Part shown: piece by piece, positions 29,213-38,994 of the stretch
How the letters are laid out: every line of letters starts with the position of its first letter
Position numbering within the stretch: the first letter of the stretch is position 1
Source: an uncultured delta proteobacterium
GTDB taxonomy: Bacteria; Desulfobacterota; Binatia; Bin18
Length of the DNA stretch: 64,000 bases
Direction: 5' to 3'
NCBI GenBank assembly: GCA_963733195.1
Contig: CAVTCR010000008.1
Location: 1-64,000 of the forward strand
The notes under the pieces: generated by a model
The model's database searches: none
What the model was told of the DNA's origin: nothing
What the model saw: the letters and a program-made list of their open reading frames with translations, nothing else
Translations under genes and position numbers: made by a program

Positions 29213-29851
29213 TCATTCCTTCCCTTCCCCCAAATAGCTGCGTTCAATCCCACAAATAATCTTGATCGACGTCGCAATACCTCCGAGGCTCACACCAATG
29301 AGAATGCCACGTTGCGCGGCAGTGTTTGGCACATTCATAATCCACTGTGAGATTTGCCCAATTCCTGACACGAGGTATTCACCGAGAGGAACTCGCCCCC
29401 ACATGACCAGTATTGCAGCAAGGAGCAGCACGGTTGCTTCAGGAGTCCGGGCACGAAAGGCACGATAGGCAGCCGACGCGACGAAGAACGCAAGTAAGGA
29501 GAACATGGTTCCCTGCAAAGCGACAAAAATATAATCAAACAGCCAGCCGAACGATGTTCCCTCGGTTTTTCCTCCTGACCAGATGCCAGCGCCCAACATG
29601 ACAAGCATGGATATAAACATGACAGCGCTATATCCCCAGCCAGCCTCTTTGCGCGCCATTTTGGCGTAGTGCGTATTGAGGAGACTGCCAACCCCAAGAA
29701 GAATAGCGAACCCAGCGATGATTTGATTCCATACCGATACCTCACTGAGCAGCGCCTCCGAGGCGGGATGTGGCACGTAATACTGCAACGCAAACGTGAC
29801 TCCGAGAATAAACGTCAGCAGTAGCGGGAGGGTTCGTTTCCAGAAAACCAC
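29213..29851 (-). CDS. Uncharacterised polytopic membrane protein (GlmL-associated cluster)
   Basis: TMFSLLAFFVASAAYRAFRAR, WIMNVPNTAAQRGILIG; GGAGG RBS. Confidence 0.85.
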   Translation of the reverse strand: MVFWKRTLPLLLTFILGVTFALQYYVPHPASEALLSEVSVWNQIIAGFAILLGVGSLLNTHYAKMARKEAGWGYSAVMFISMLVMLGAGIWSGGKTEGTSFGWLFDYIFVALQGTMFSLLAFFVASAAYRAFRARTPEATVLLLAAILVMWGRVPLGEYLVSGIGQISQWIMNVPNTAAQRGILIGVSLGGIATSIKIICGIERSYLGEGKE

Positions 29852-29860
29852 ATCTTCCTC

Positions 29861-31252
29861 CTATTTTACATCACTGAAGAATTGGAAAAACGTTCGGAAC
29901 CACGGAATCGAAAACACTTCACCAAGCGTGACGAGTACAGTTCCGAGCACCATCACAACTAAAAGGAAGCCTTTGCCAAAGTCTTGCCCTCGTAGCGTTC
30001 CGACTAACACTGGCTCGCGTGACAAATAGGCACTGGCAGCATACAGCTCTTCGCCAATGAGAGTGTAATCGCACGTAGTGATGAAAAATGGCAACTGATG
30101 ATCGGCATCGGTCCCAGCGATCTGGATTGCACCGGTACTCGCACCAGTCTCGGCCAGCAGTAACGACTCAGCGTAGTAGTAACCAAGGAAGAAATTTGCC
30201 GCGGGCTTTTCTCGCAGGATGATGCCATCAACTGCTGCGGTGTAGGCGAACTGATCACCGGTGATAAAGAAGTTACTATCTTCTTTGTAGGAGTCCGGTC
30301 GCCCAGCAGCAAAATAGGATTCACGCACGATTTCCTGAGAAATCGCCATGACGATAGAAGAACGATGCGGCACTTTGAGATCGGCACCGTATGCAGCTGT
30401 CCGTTTTGCCACTTCTCCGAGAATAACAGTGGCAGCGATAGTCGCGAGACTTGATGGATCACCACTGCCTCCAAGTTCACCACTACCAGTGAGATATAAC
30501 ACCGGCTTGCCCATCTCTGTGGCACGTCCAACGGCTTCTTCGACGGCATCGAGTCCAGGAATCCGGCGTAAGAAGATATTCGGATTACTCCGCGCTCGAC
30601 GAATTGAAAATAAGACCACCCCGCCAAAGGCGAGCATCAGTACAAGATTGTTGAGCTTGGCCCAATTGAAAAAATTGGCTTGTGGGAGGGCTGAGACAAC
30701 TGAACTCTCGATTACTTGCTGTCCGTTAGTGAGGACGATCTTGAAAAAGTAAGGCTTGTCGTTTGCGAGTTGAAAGTCTGAGCCCGACTTTACCTGAAAG
30801 AAGTGAACATCTTTGCGTTTCTCACCCCACACCCACCATGGGCCGGTGAGATCGGTTTCGTAGTGCTTGTTGGCAGGCAGTTCGGCGATTTGTTTGAACT
30901 CGCCGTTTTGTTGTTCACTGACAAAGATCCGGTAGGAAGAACCGAGCATCTCGGGAAAAACTCGCGCCCATAAACGCTCCTTAATCATTTCTGGAGTAAA
31001 TTTCCCTTCCACTTTGATGGTCGCACGACCAAGGATCCAGCGGAGTCCGACGCTACTGCCAACATCGCCGGGCAGATCAAATGCCTCGACCAGCACGCCG
31101 AGGTTCTCTGATTCGTCTTGGGCATTTGCAGTAACAGAGAAAAAAACAAAGAAGAGCACTGGGAGGAAGAACTGCACAACGAAAGAGGTCTGGGTACTGT
31201 GCATTGCGTCCAAACAATACCGCTGTGGTCGTATTCCTCCCATTTTTACCAA
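29861..31252 (-). CDS. Membrane protein with extracytoplasmic FN3-like region and C-terminal DUF6754-like domain
   Basis: Signal/TM, beta-rich region (YRIFVS...PYFFKIV), TM, then RRIPGLDAVEEAVGRATEMGKP...QLPFFITTCDYTLIGEELYAASAYL; domain name recalled, not searched; start uncertain. Confidence 0.8.
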   Translation of the reverse strand: MVKMGGIRPQRYCLDAMHSTQTSFVVQFFLPVLFFVFFSVTANAQDESENLGVLVEAFDLPGDVGSSVGLRWILGRATIKVEGKFTPEMIKERLWARVFPEMLGSSYRIFVSEQQNGEFKQIAELPANKHYETDLTGPWWVWGEKRKDVHFFQVKSGSDFQLANDKPYFFKIVLTNGQQVIESSVVSALPQANFFNWAKLNNLVLMLAFGGVVLFSIRRARSNPNIFLRRIPGLDAVEEAVGRATEMGKPVLYLTGSGELGGSGDPSSLATIAATVILGEVAKRTAAYGADLKVPHRSSIVMAISQEIVRESYFAAGRPDSYKEDSNFFITGDQFAYTAAVDGIILREKPAANFFLGYYYAESLLLAETGASTGAIQIAGTDADHQLPFFITTCDYTLIGEELYAASAYLSREPVLVGTLRGQDFGKGFLLVVMVLGTVLVTLGEVFSIPWFRTFFQFFSDVK

Positions 31253-31279
31253 TCCCCAACCCCTAATCCCCGACCCCCA

Positions 31280-32417
31280 TCAGCCCTCAATCATCTCCAC
31301 ATTCGCCCGTGGAATAGTCACATCTTGTCCATCTGGCAGAGTCGCAACTAAGCACCCGAACGTCGACTCTCTGTCGGAATATGTTGTAACGCTGACGGGA
31401 GTTCTTTCACTCGCGCAATGACGCCGAAGTATGGTTCACGGATAATGCGGATAGTATCACCGACTTTAGTCCCACCCTCCAAAACTCTGGATCCTGGGCT
31501 CTGGACCCTGGACTCGCCGACAGGTGCCAGCGGAACGATTACTTCTGGCCGAATCACACCAGCACGAATCTGCGTTGCACCGCTACACGAGGCTTTCTGG
31601 CCGGTTTTTGCAGAGAGCAGATCGAAAGTTCGCTTTGCCATCGGAATCGTGCCGAAGCCTTCAGTGATAATCAGCGTGAAGCCAATCTTTTCCGTGCCGG
31701 TAATTGCCACGCCGAGGTCATAGCCTAAAAGGTCGCGCAGGTCACGGTCATGCACACCACCAACCACGAGCGCTCTGATCCCAAGCTCACGCGCGCGGGC
31801 AAATGTTTCTTTTTGCGCCAAAGCGCCACCGATGACAATCTGGCCTCGTGTGCGTCGCCGTTAAGATGATCCGCCGTTAACACCTCATCTGGACTTTTCA
31901 CCGCCAGTGTAATCGTCCCTGTGGTTTCACCACCAACGCCAAAGATCCCTTGGACGAACGCGCAGTGGGATTCGACAATGACACCTTGGGTGGGGATGAC
32001 CTCGACAACTGTGCCGTCGATATACGCTGACAGCCGGATTATTTGCGGTGGCTCACGCAGAAAGACCTGGCCGGTGACATGCGAGATATTCTCAATCGTA
32101 CCATTGATCGGTGCTCGCACTTGCGTTTTGAACCATTTAATCAATGGTGAGTTTTCCGCAAAGACTTCGTCTTTTGTAACTGTCTCCCCCTCACGTTTAC
32201 GGAGGTAAGTGAAGATCTCACTTGGAGTAACACTGAGCTTGTTAGCAACATTAACCGGATAAACCTTCCCCGGCAGCGCAGTCTGGGCAACCGCGGTAGT
32301 TGCCGTTACCTGTTCACCGGTGGTAACGAGGGTTTCACCAGGAATAGGCAAGATGCGGCGTTTTCTGATGACTGTGTCTGGAGTGACACGCAGGCCGGGA
32401 GTATAGGAATGAGCCAT
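31280..32417 (-). CDS. Uncharacterised soluble protein with barrel-sandwich-hybrid repeats and C-terminal KOW-like motif; frameshifts near 31850 and 31365
   Basis: MAHSYTPGL; GETLVTTGEQV; GETVTKDEVFAE...APINGTI; GIFGVGGE; ITEGFG; GATQIRAGVIRPEV; GDTIRIIREPYFG; manual end ...TIPRANVEMIEG* at 31280. Confidence 0.8.
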
Positions 32418-32526
32418 ATGGCTTCAATTAAGAATGACTGAGTGATGAGTGATGAATGATAAGTAAAGGAACTCGTTGCAACCACTCGTCGTCTCCTTTC
32501 CATTCTCATTCTTCACTCTTCAGTCC

Positions 32527-34335
32527 TCAATTCTTCATCTTCCGAGGATATAAATCTACCGCTTCTGCCCATGTTTGAGTCTGTTGTACCCGAGCAGTTT
32601 CATCTATAGCGATGGTAATGGGCCGTCCACGTCCATCAAATAGCAATCCCACTACCCCACCTTTCACTTTGCCAGTGACTTTCTTGCCTTTTCCAGCGCC
32701 GAAATCAAACCCTCGCATCGGAAAGAGTTCAATTCCGGCCTCATGATTGATTTCGAGCGGAAGAAGGCGAATCTCACCAACTGCGATAGTTCCTGCAACG
32801 ATTTGTTCATCGGGAAACAGCAGTCGATACGAAAAGCACTGCTCGCCAGATTTGCCGGTTCCTTTAGGTGCAACACAAGTACCTAACGGAACCAAACAGT
32901 CTTTGACGAAGACTTCGGTTGCTGCCTGTTCGTTGACGGTCGAAAGTACGCCAAGATGCGGCATCATAAAAATGCTATCGACTGCAAGCTGCGTAATACC
33001 GAGCGGTTCGTAAGCATCGACCATCATGATCATTGATTGCACGCGACGGGGAGCATGGGAGAGAATCCCACCGCTGCCAATAATCAAATCTAAGGTGAAC
33101 ATATCAATCAGACTCTGCCCTGAAGCGGTTTGCTCAAATGCATCAGAGACTGAGCGTTCTTGCTGTACGCCTTTGAGACCAACGGCTAACTCTTTGTGTT
33201 GGTCAAGCGCGAGCCGCAATGCTTCACGCGCAATGGCTTGCTCGACTTGTAAGTCGCCGATGGTTTGTGGAATCGTCGTTGGGCGAATCATTTTGTTTTT
33301 GATTTGGTTGCGTAAATTTTGCTCTTCAAAGACAAACGGTAACCAACGACGAATGTTATCGAGTCCGGCTTCAGCGATGACATTCGATACGCTGTAGCTC
33401 ATCCCCAGGTTGGCACTCACAGTACGGTTAAATACTCCACCAAAAACAGAGAAGACGTCGGTCGTCGCTCCGCCAATATCCACGCCGATAACGTTGATAC
33501 CTTCTCGCTTCGCCAACGTTTCGATAATCATACCCACCGCTGCTGGGGTCGGAATGATCGGCGCTCCGGCCCAGGAGATCAATTTTTTATACCCCGGAGC
33601 CTGGGCCATCACATGCTCAAGAAACAAATCATGAATCTTATGGCGCGCAGGCATCAGGTTTTCTTGTTCGAGGACTGGGCGGATATTGTCAGTGACAGAC
33701 AACGCAGTCGTGTCCCCTAAGATTTCCTGCACTTGGGTACGAGCCTCTTTGTTCCCTGCGTAGATAATGGGTAATTGATAACCGACACCGAGACGTGGCC
33801 GAGGGTCAGCCGCGGCAATGTATTCTGCGATCTCAACTACGTGTGATACCGTGCCGCCATCGGTTCCACCAGCGAGTAAGAGCATGTCTGGGCGGAGATG
33901 GCGAATACGCTCGATCTTTTCATAGCTGGGCCGCCCGTCGTTGGCTGCGAGCGCATCCATCACGATCGCGCCTGCACCAAGGGCACAGCGTTGCGCACTT
34001 TCGGCGCTCATCGATTTGACCACGCCAGCAACCATGATCTGCAAGCCACCTCCGGCACTGCTAGTCGAGATGTAGATATCGACCCCGGTCGTGCCGTTTG
34101 CCGGAGTGATGATCCGTTCACCATCAAGGATCGTGCGCCCCGAGAGTTCCTCGACTTCTTGAATTGCATTCAAGACACCACGAGTGACATCCTCAAACGG
34201 CGCTTCGACTGTCGTTGGTGCTTCACCGCGGTGGGTCTGACGATACTCGTCCCCTAATTTCTGGATGAGAATAGCTTTGGTAGTCGTGCTGCCACAGTCA
34301 GTAGCGAGAATGACGCGCAGGTCTTGAGGATTCAT
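32527..34335 (-). CDS. Glutamate mutase L (GlmL/MutL)-like ASKHA-fold ATPase
   Basis: ILATDCGSTTTK (phosphate-1), TSSAGGGL, LLAGGTDGG, PTPAAV, VDIGGATTDVFS (phosphate-2), IGSGGILS. Confidence 0.88.
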   Translation of the reverse strand: MNPQDLRVILATDCGSTTTKAILIQKLGDEYRQTHRGEAPTTVEAPFEDVTRGVLNAIQEVEELSGRTILDGERIITPANGTTGVDIYISTSSAGGGLQIMVAGVVKSMSAESAQRCALGAGAIVMDALAANDGRPSYEKIERIRHLRPDMLLLAGGTDGGTVSHVVEIAEYIAAADPRPRLGVGYQLPIIYAGNKEARTQVQEILGDTTALSVTDNIRPVLEQENLMPARHKIHDLFLEHVMAQAPGYKKLISWAGAPIIPTPAAVGMIIETLAKREGINVIGVDIGGATTDVFSVFGGVFNRTVSANLGMSYSVSNVIAEAGLDNIRRWLPFVFEEQNLRNQIKNKMIRPTTIPQTIGDLQVEQAIAREALRLALDQHKELAVGLKGVQQERSVSDAFEQTASGQSLIDMFTLDLIIGSGGILSHAPRRVQSMIMMVDAYEPLGITQLAVDSIFMMPHLGVLSTVNEQAATEVFVKDCLVPLGTCVAPKGTGKSGEQCFSYRLLFPDEQIVAGTIAVGEIRLLPLEINHEAGIELFPMRGFDFGAGKGKKVTGKVKGGVVGLLFDGRGRPITIAIDETARVQQTQTWAEAVDLYPRKMKN

Positions 34336-34352
34336 GCTGTGAGAGGAAACGT

Positions 34353-34622
34353 CTAAGTAGTGAGGATGAAAAGCTGATCACTTTCCACCAAGATGCGAGT
34401 CCCGATCTCAGCCATATGTTGCGAGAGCTTACGCCATTGTCTTTCACTTGTCGGAGGGGCAATCTTTACGAGGTAACTATCCGTGCCATATTCTGCCCAT
34501 GAAAGAACCTGATAGGCCTTGCTGCCGAGAGGATAAACCTTCTCAAGCTCGGCGAGATACTCGGCAAGCGCGTCGCGCGTCTCCGGGGGGAACTTTCTAA
34601 GTTGGCTTGCTTTTCGGGTCAT
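34353..34622 (-). CDS. Small protein coupled to HEPN gene (possible degenerate MNT-like antitoxin)
   Basis: 89 aa, overlaps the HEPN gene end; lacks the GS...DxD motif; C-terminal helix-strand AEIGTRILVESDQLFIL. Confidence 0.55.
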   Translation of the reverse strand: MTRKASQLRKFPPETRDALAEYLAELEKVYPLGSKAYQVLSWAEYGTDSYLVKIAPPTSERQWRKLSQHMAEIGTRILVESDQLFILTT

Positions 34623-35010
34623 ATGATTTTCCTATCTGACTCTCTACTGCAGCAAGAAAAGCCGCGGCTAGCGTAACAGCTCTCTTTGCTGTTTGGCGAT
34701 TTGCGGTTACCGAAGAATAATCTGCTCGGTGTCGCCACTCAATGAGGATCAAGGGAGTTCGCCCAATTGCTCCAGGGAAAACTTTACGACGCATCACGAG
34801 ACGCCGGTTAAATTCTGCTTGGGTTGCCTTATGGCTCCATTCTCCATCTTGAGGGCGAAAGTCGGTCAGTGCGATCAACGCAGCCACAGCAGCCTGGAAG
34901 ACTGCGTAATAGCAACGGCTGACGCAAGAGTCGAACGCCGCATTGTCTAGGCATGCTCGGGCTCCCGCATAGCTGTTTTTAGCCTTCTCTAAGTAATCTG
35001 CACTATTCAT
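34597..35010 (-). CDS. HEPN domain protein (UPF0332-like)
   Basis: YLEKA, VSRCYYAVFQAAVAAL, SHK, WRHRADY. Confidence 0.85.
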   Translation of the reverse strand: MNSADYLEKAKNSYAGARACLDNAAFDSCVSRCYYAVFQAAVAALIALTDFRPQDGEWSHKATQAEFNRRLVMRRKVFPGAIGRTPLILIEWRHRADYSSVTANRQTAKRAVTLAAAFLAAVESQIGKSYDPKSKPT

Positions 35011-35047
35011 CGACTGTTGGGAAGCGGAATCCGTTTGATCGTGTTCT

Positions 35048-35407
35048 TTATTCTACCTGTTGCTGAATGAGCAGTATCAACTGATCAATTCCGTCACGCC
35101 GCTCCAACAACGTTGCCAGTCGTTCCACTTCTGTCGCATCCATGACAAGATCTAAAAATGGCTTCAGTCCATGCACGACTTGACTACCGAGGAAGCTAAG
35201 CGGCCCCAATGATTCGAGAAAAAGTAAAGCTGGGACTGCCATATCACGGTCCGCAATACGGCGTGCAATTTTTTCCAGCAACGCGATCTCTTCCGGAGAG
35301 AATCCCGGTGCTGGAGGCGTGACTGCAAAGGCGTGAGCAAATTCTTGACGCAACTTTTCCCACAGGCGCACGCGCTCTTGTATCTCAGATTTATGTAGAA
35401 GGGGCAA
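35048..35407 (-). CDS. Conserved hypothetical protein
   Basis: LLEKIARRI...MAVPALLFLESLGPLSFLGSQ...LLERRDGI; overlaps the displaced ABC ATPase 3' end. Confidence 0.75.
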   Translation of the reverse strand: MPLLHKSEIQERVRLWEKLRQEFAHAFAVTPPAPGFSPEEIALLEKIARRIADRDMAVPALLFLESLGPLSFLGSQVVHGLKPFLDLVMDATEVERLATLLERRDGIDQLILLIQQQVE

Positions 35408-35660
35408 TGGCGCGTCGTTCCGATGCGTTACCTTGTATTTCAGGGTCGTAGAGAAAGCAGCCTACCGTATGTGAGGCAGATTGGGCATAGTTTGGTGGAT
35501 ACTGCTCTCGGCAACGCGGCATCGCATTAGTGCAGCGTGGATGAAAGTGGCAACCGGACGAGGATTGATTGGCGAGGGAATATCTCCAGCCAAGTGAATC
35601 TTCTCGACCTTTGTCTGTGGGTCGATTTTTGGAACTGCTGCGAGCGGAAGCTTGTGTGTG
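35391..35660 (-). pseudogene. Displaced duplicate 3' end of the oligopeptide ABC ATPase gene
   Basis: Encodes ...[20 protein letters not shown]...HTVGCFLY; direct repeat of 39032-39246, including an identical TTTGTCTGTGGGTCGATTTTTGGAACTGCTG. Confidence 0.85.
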
Positions 35661-35942
35661 CTGACCAGCGCTCCCCATTATTGTACGTTCCGAGCTCGTG
35701 CTTTTGCGAATGGCGAGAGTGATGTCATCAACGCGGCCTCACGGAAACGACGATCGACTTCCACAGAATGATCAGCTTTGCCTTCTACTCGATAACTGAC
35801 AATCTCCAAGCAAGGATGTGTGGAATTCTCGTGCCTTATCTAAGAGAAACGGAGAAAAAACACGCTGTGTGACTAGAAAGCAAGGAGAGAATGAATCGTC
35901 ATGAGACGATTCCCTCCGTTCTTCGAAGGTAGTAATTTTCAC

Positions 35943-35971
35943 TTGACGAGTAGCATGGGATTTTGTACTGT
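35943..35971 (+). promoter_or_regulatory. Putative sigma70 promoter of the TA module
   Basis: TTGACG-17 bp-TACTGT about 25 bp upstream of the antitoxin start. Confidence 0.45.
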
Positions 35972-35995
35972 AAGGCTTAGAGTAAGAAAGTAAGA

Positions 35996-36276
35996 ATGCC
36001 TATGTGAGTTGACGAAAATAGCGCCCGAAGTTTCAGGTGACAATCCAAAGGACGCCCGCGTAGCAGTTGGGCTGGAGGTGGGAGATGTGCGTGGAAGCCA
36101 CCGTGACCAAAAACGGGGTGCTTCTGCGGCCTCAAGTGGTCATGGATAAGTCCGCGTTTACCACCTGCAGCAACAGGCAAAGCGCAGCGGAAAAGATAAG
36201 ATTATCCATGAAGGAAATCGAGGCGGAAATCCATGCCATGCATTCAACCAGAACAGCGAAACGCGCTCTCGCATGA
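35996..36276 (+). pseudogene. AbrB/MazE/SpoVT-type antitoxin, decayed
   Basis: Reads across indels as FQVTI(P)KDARVAVGLEVGDV-EATVTKNGVLLRP. Confidence 0.65.
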
Positions 36277-36725
36277 CGCCAGCGCGTGGTGTATGACACT
36301 AACGTGGTGGTCTCCGCGCTGCTTGAAAGAGAATAAGTGGACCCGGCGGTCTGCTGATCAGGCTTGCATTCAATGAAAGCATTCATTCCCTGCTTTGTTC
36401 TCACAACTGTTGTGCTTAACGAATATGAAGAAGTGCTCACAGCGGCCCAATTTTAGTTTTGATCTCAACCTTGTCGATCAATTCCTCCGCGATTTTACTG
36501 CAAGCGCACCGTAATTGTTGTTCCGAAACATCGTGTCATGCCTTACTTTGGATTGAGGCGAACAATCAGTTTGCTGGAATGTGCGCGATCCGCGCGAGCA
36601 AAGAGTATTTGAGTAAACGGGCAATCGCAAACATTTCCCGTTCGCTGTTTTTGGCAAGACTGCAGATTGTTCAGCCCTGCAGAACTTATAGGCATTTTCA
36701 CTGGGTAGCCACTCTGACAGAGTAA
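36273..36725 (+). pseudogene. PIN-domain (VapC-like) toxin, decayed
   Basis: GTGGTGTATGACACTAACGTGGTGGTCTCCGCGCTG = VVYDTNVVVSALL; later VLNEYEEVL; multiple stops and indels. Confidence 0.7.
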
Positions 36726-36842
36726 AACCCCTCTATAATTCTCTTCACCTCACTAGCGGAAATGCTGTCTATCTAGGGCAGGGAAAGCAGCCTCCGATTA
36801 TCCTAGCGCGGCAAGTTCAGCTTTGCGTCCAAGAGCCTGGTC

Positions 36843-38132
36843 GGGGTCCCAGAGTAACCGTGAAAAAAACGTCGCCAAAAGCAGAGGAAGCGGCGTTTGC
36901 GTCAAAGAGGCGTGGGGTGGGGGTTTACAAAAGGCTAGGCCCTCGGCTAATAACAGTGAAATCGGAGAAGGCAGATTTGAGTATGAGTGAGAAAACGCAA
37001 AACCAAACAAAAAGGGAGGAAGAGCAGGCCCGGGAACGGGTGGAATTGGTGGATTTTCAGTACGGTGTAGGGGACTTGGTATCGCGGCTAGGTACGACCC
37101 TTTCATCTCTCGTGGTCTTTGGTGGTGTTTTATACATAGCGGGCGGACTTTACGCATGGAGCTATTTCTCCGGGTTTGGCGCTGAGTGGTTACTTTGTGA
37201 GTTGTCTGCGAACTTCTTCCCTTTTAGCGTACTCCTTCAGGTCATCGATCCTTATTGTCTGTGTAGCTGGGAGCACCCGCTTAAGTGTACGAAGAATCGA
37301 AAAGGAAATATTTGTGGTCGTGGGTGGTGGAATCTTAATTCACAACATGAACCTCATAAAGAGTACATGTTGAGTTCTTCTCTTTTTAACCTCTCTTTCT
37401 TCCTGAGCATTCCAGATCCTTATACTTTTTAAAGATCTCGCTTTTTAATCATCCCTGGATGGAAACACATCCGTATTTGGTCTTACGGTATTTCGGTTCT
37501 GTGGATACTCGTTTTAGTGGCCTGGGCTGTAGTTTTCGTACTGGGCTCCACAATAGCTAGAACGTTGATAAATATCATGAGTGCGATAGGATTAATCGTA
37601 GTAGTCGTGTTAACCATATGGGTCTTCTTCATTTGGGGACAATACTTCATGAGGTATACGACGAGGATTTTTATGTGTGTGTGGGGAATACTTTTCGGAA
37701 TCGGGGTTGGAGTTAGGGTTCTGACTGAACTCGCTCACTCAAACGGAGGCTCCTTACCGCAATATTCTATCCCTCCACCTCGTGGGGGTTGAGTAGCAAT
37801 GCCTCCTCACTTCTACGTAGCATTTTTTGGGCTTTTCGTGTTTTCCTCGGCTGATGGGGCAGAACAGAGTTGGTACGACCAAAACGCTAGCCGTTCCAGA
37901 CTCCCCATTGTAATGCTGAGAGAGGGAATCCTTCTTTTGCCGCCAAGCGCTCCTTATTACGAGCAGGCGCGTCTATACCGTGATATTACAACCATCGGAA
38001 AAGACGTCTAGATGTGGTGCCGTTTTCGTGGGAGAAGATTTCTCAATTCAAATACCTGAGTTTGGAAGGTGCCCCACTAGTTAGTACGGCTTTGGGCTTA
38101 GCGACGTTTTTCACGGTTACTCTGGGAACCCC
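36843..38132. mobile_element. Non-autonomous element with Tn3-family-like terminal inverted repeats and a passenger gene
   Basis: Left end GGGGTCCCAGAGTAACCGTGAAAAAAACGTCGCCAAA; right end (reverse complement) GGGGTTCCCAGAGTAACCGTGAAAAACGTCGCTAAG; no transposase or resolvase inside. Confidence 0.8.
36983..38080 (+). pseudogene. AT-rich multi-TM membrane protein passenger, broken into several frames
   Basis: Hydrophobic fragments in ORFs 36860..37432, 37176..37373, 37517..37792 and 37799..38011; boundaries approximate. Confidence 0.5.
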
Positions 38133-38975
38133 AACTGCGGAAGTATGGATTTCTCGGTGTTAGCATCGAAGAAATCAAGCATTGCAATAATGTATCTATC
38201 AACTAGGGCAAGAATCTCATCGATATCCCCTGTTGAATGCTGAAAAGACTCTTCCTCTCCCTTATCTGGGTAAAGCAGACTTGGAGCGATCTTAGCTTTC
38301 TTATCGGAATCCCACCTCGTAGCGATGAAGATCCTGGCTCTTCAACATGCTCAATGAAATTCTTGCGATATATTAACAATCTGCTGTTCAAGGGCGGCGG
38401 GCATCTTCAGGATATCATCAGGAACAACAGATAGAGACTTTTTCTCACAAATTTTTGCAATGTTTGTCATAAGCTGCCGATGATTCCATTTCGGTTTTCG
38501 CCAAAAGTAATAGCTAAACGTGGAGGCAATTCGGTCAAGAAGAATGTTTGCAAATACATAAAAGCTTTCGATATCAAGATGTAATACCTAACCGATTTGG
38601 TGCAAACGCTGCATTTCGAGCTGTTCCTCCGGCGTCAGAGTGCGTGAAGATGATTGGCCTGGGCCAGCTTCTGTCTTAACACTGTCGAATCCCTTTATGA
38701 TCGCCTCAATGTAAGGCGTGCTCAACTGCTCGTAACGATCACGAATAATTGCCGAAAGTCATGGTACCGAATCCATGAACTTAGAGTCGAATTTAAGAGA
38801 TTAACGCCATGGATATCTTGATGGCGAACCCGCGCATTGAATAAAGGCATTGAACCGGACTTGGACAGACATAGATTTGCTCTCTAATTTCAGCAAAACC
38901 CCAAAATGCCAAGTGTCGCAATTTAGTTAACAACTGATCTCCTCTAGCCAACCGCTTTGCCTTTCTCTCAATCAC
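38133..38975 (-). pseudogene. AT-rich helical protein, possibly HEPN-like, frameshifted and abutting the IR
   Basis: Manual reading: LHLDIESFYVFANILLDRIA...YRKNFIEH...LVDRYIIAMLDFF; runs into the inverted repeat at 38132. Confidence 0.45.
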
Positions 38976-38994
38976 TTGACAATTCCCTCCTGGC

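Noticed and set aside
32527-34335. Calling the locus a glutamate fermentation (methylaspartate pathway) operon or a DNA-repair MutL
   Set aside because: No glutamate mutase subunits or methylaspartase are present, and the protein has ASKHA motifs rather than the GHKL motifs of mismatch-repair MutL.
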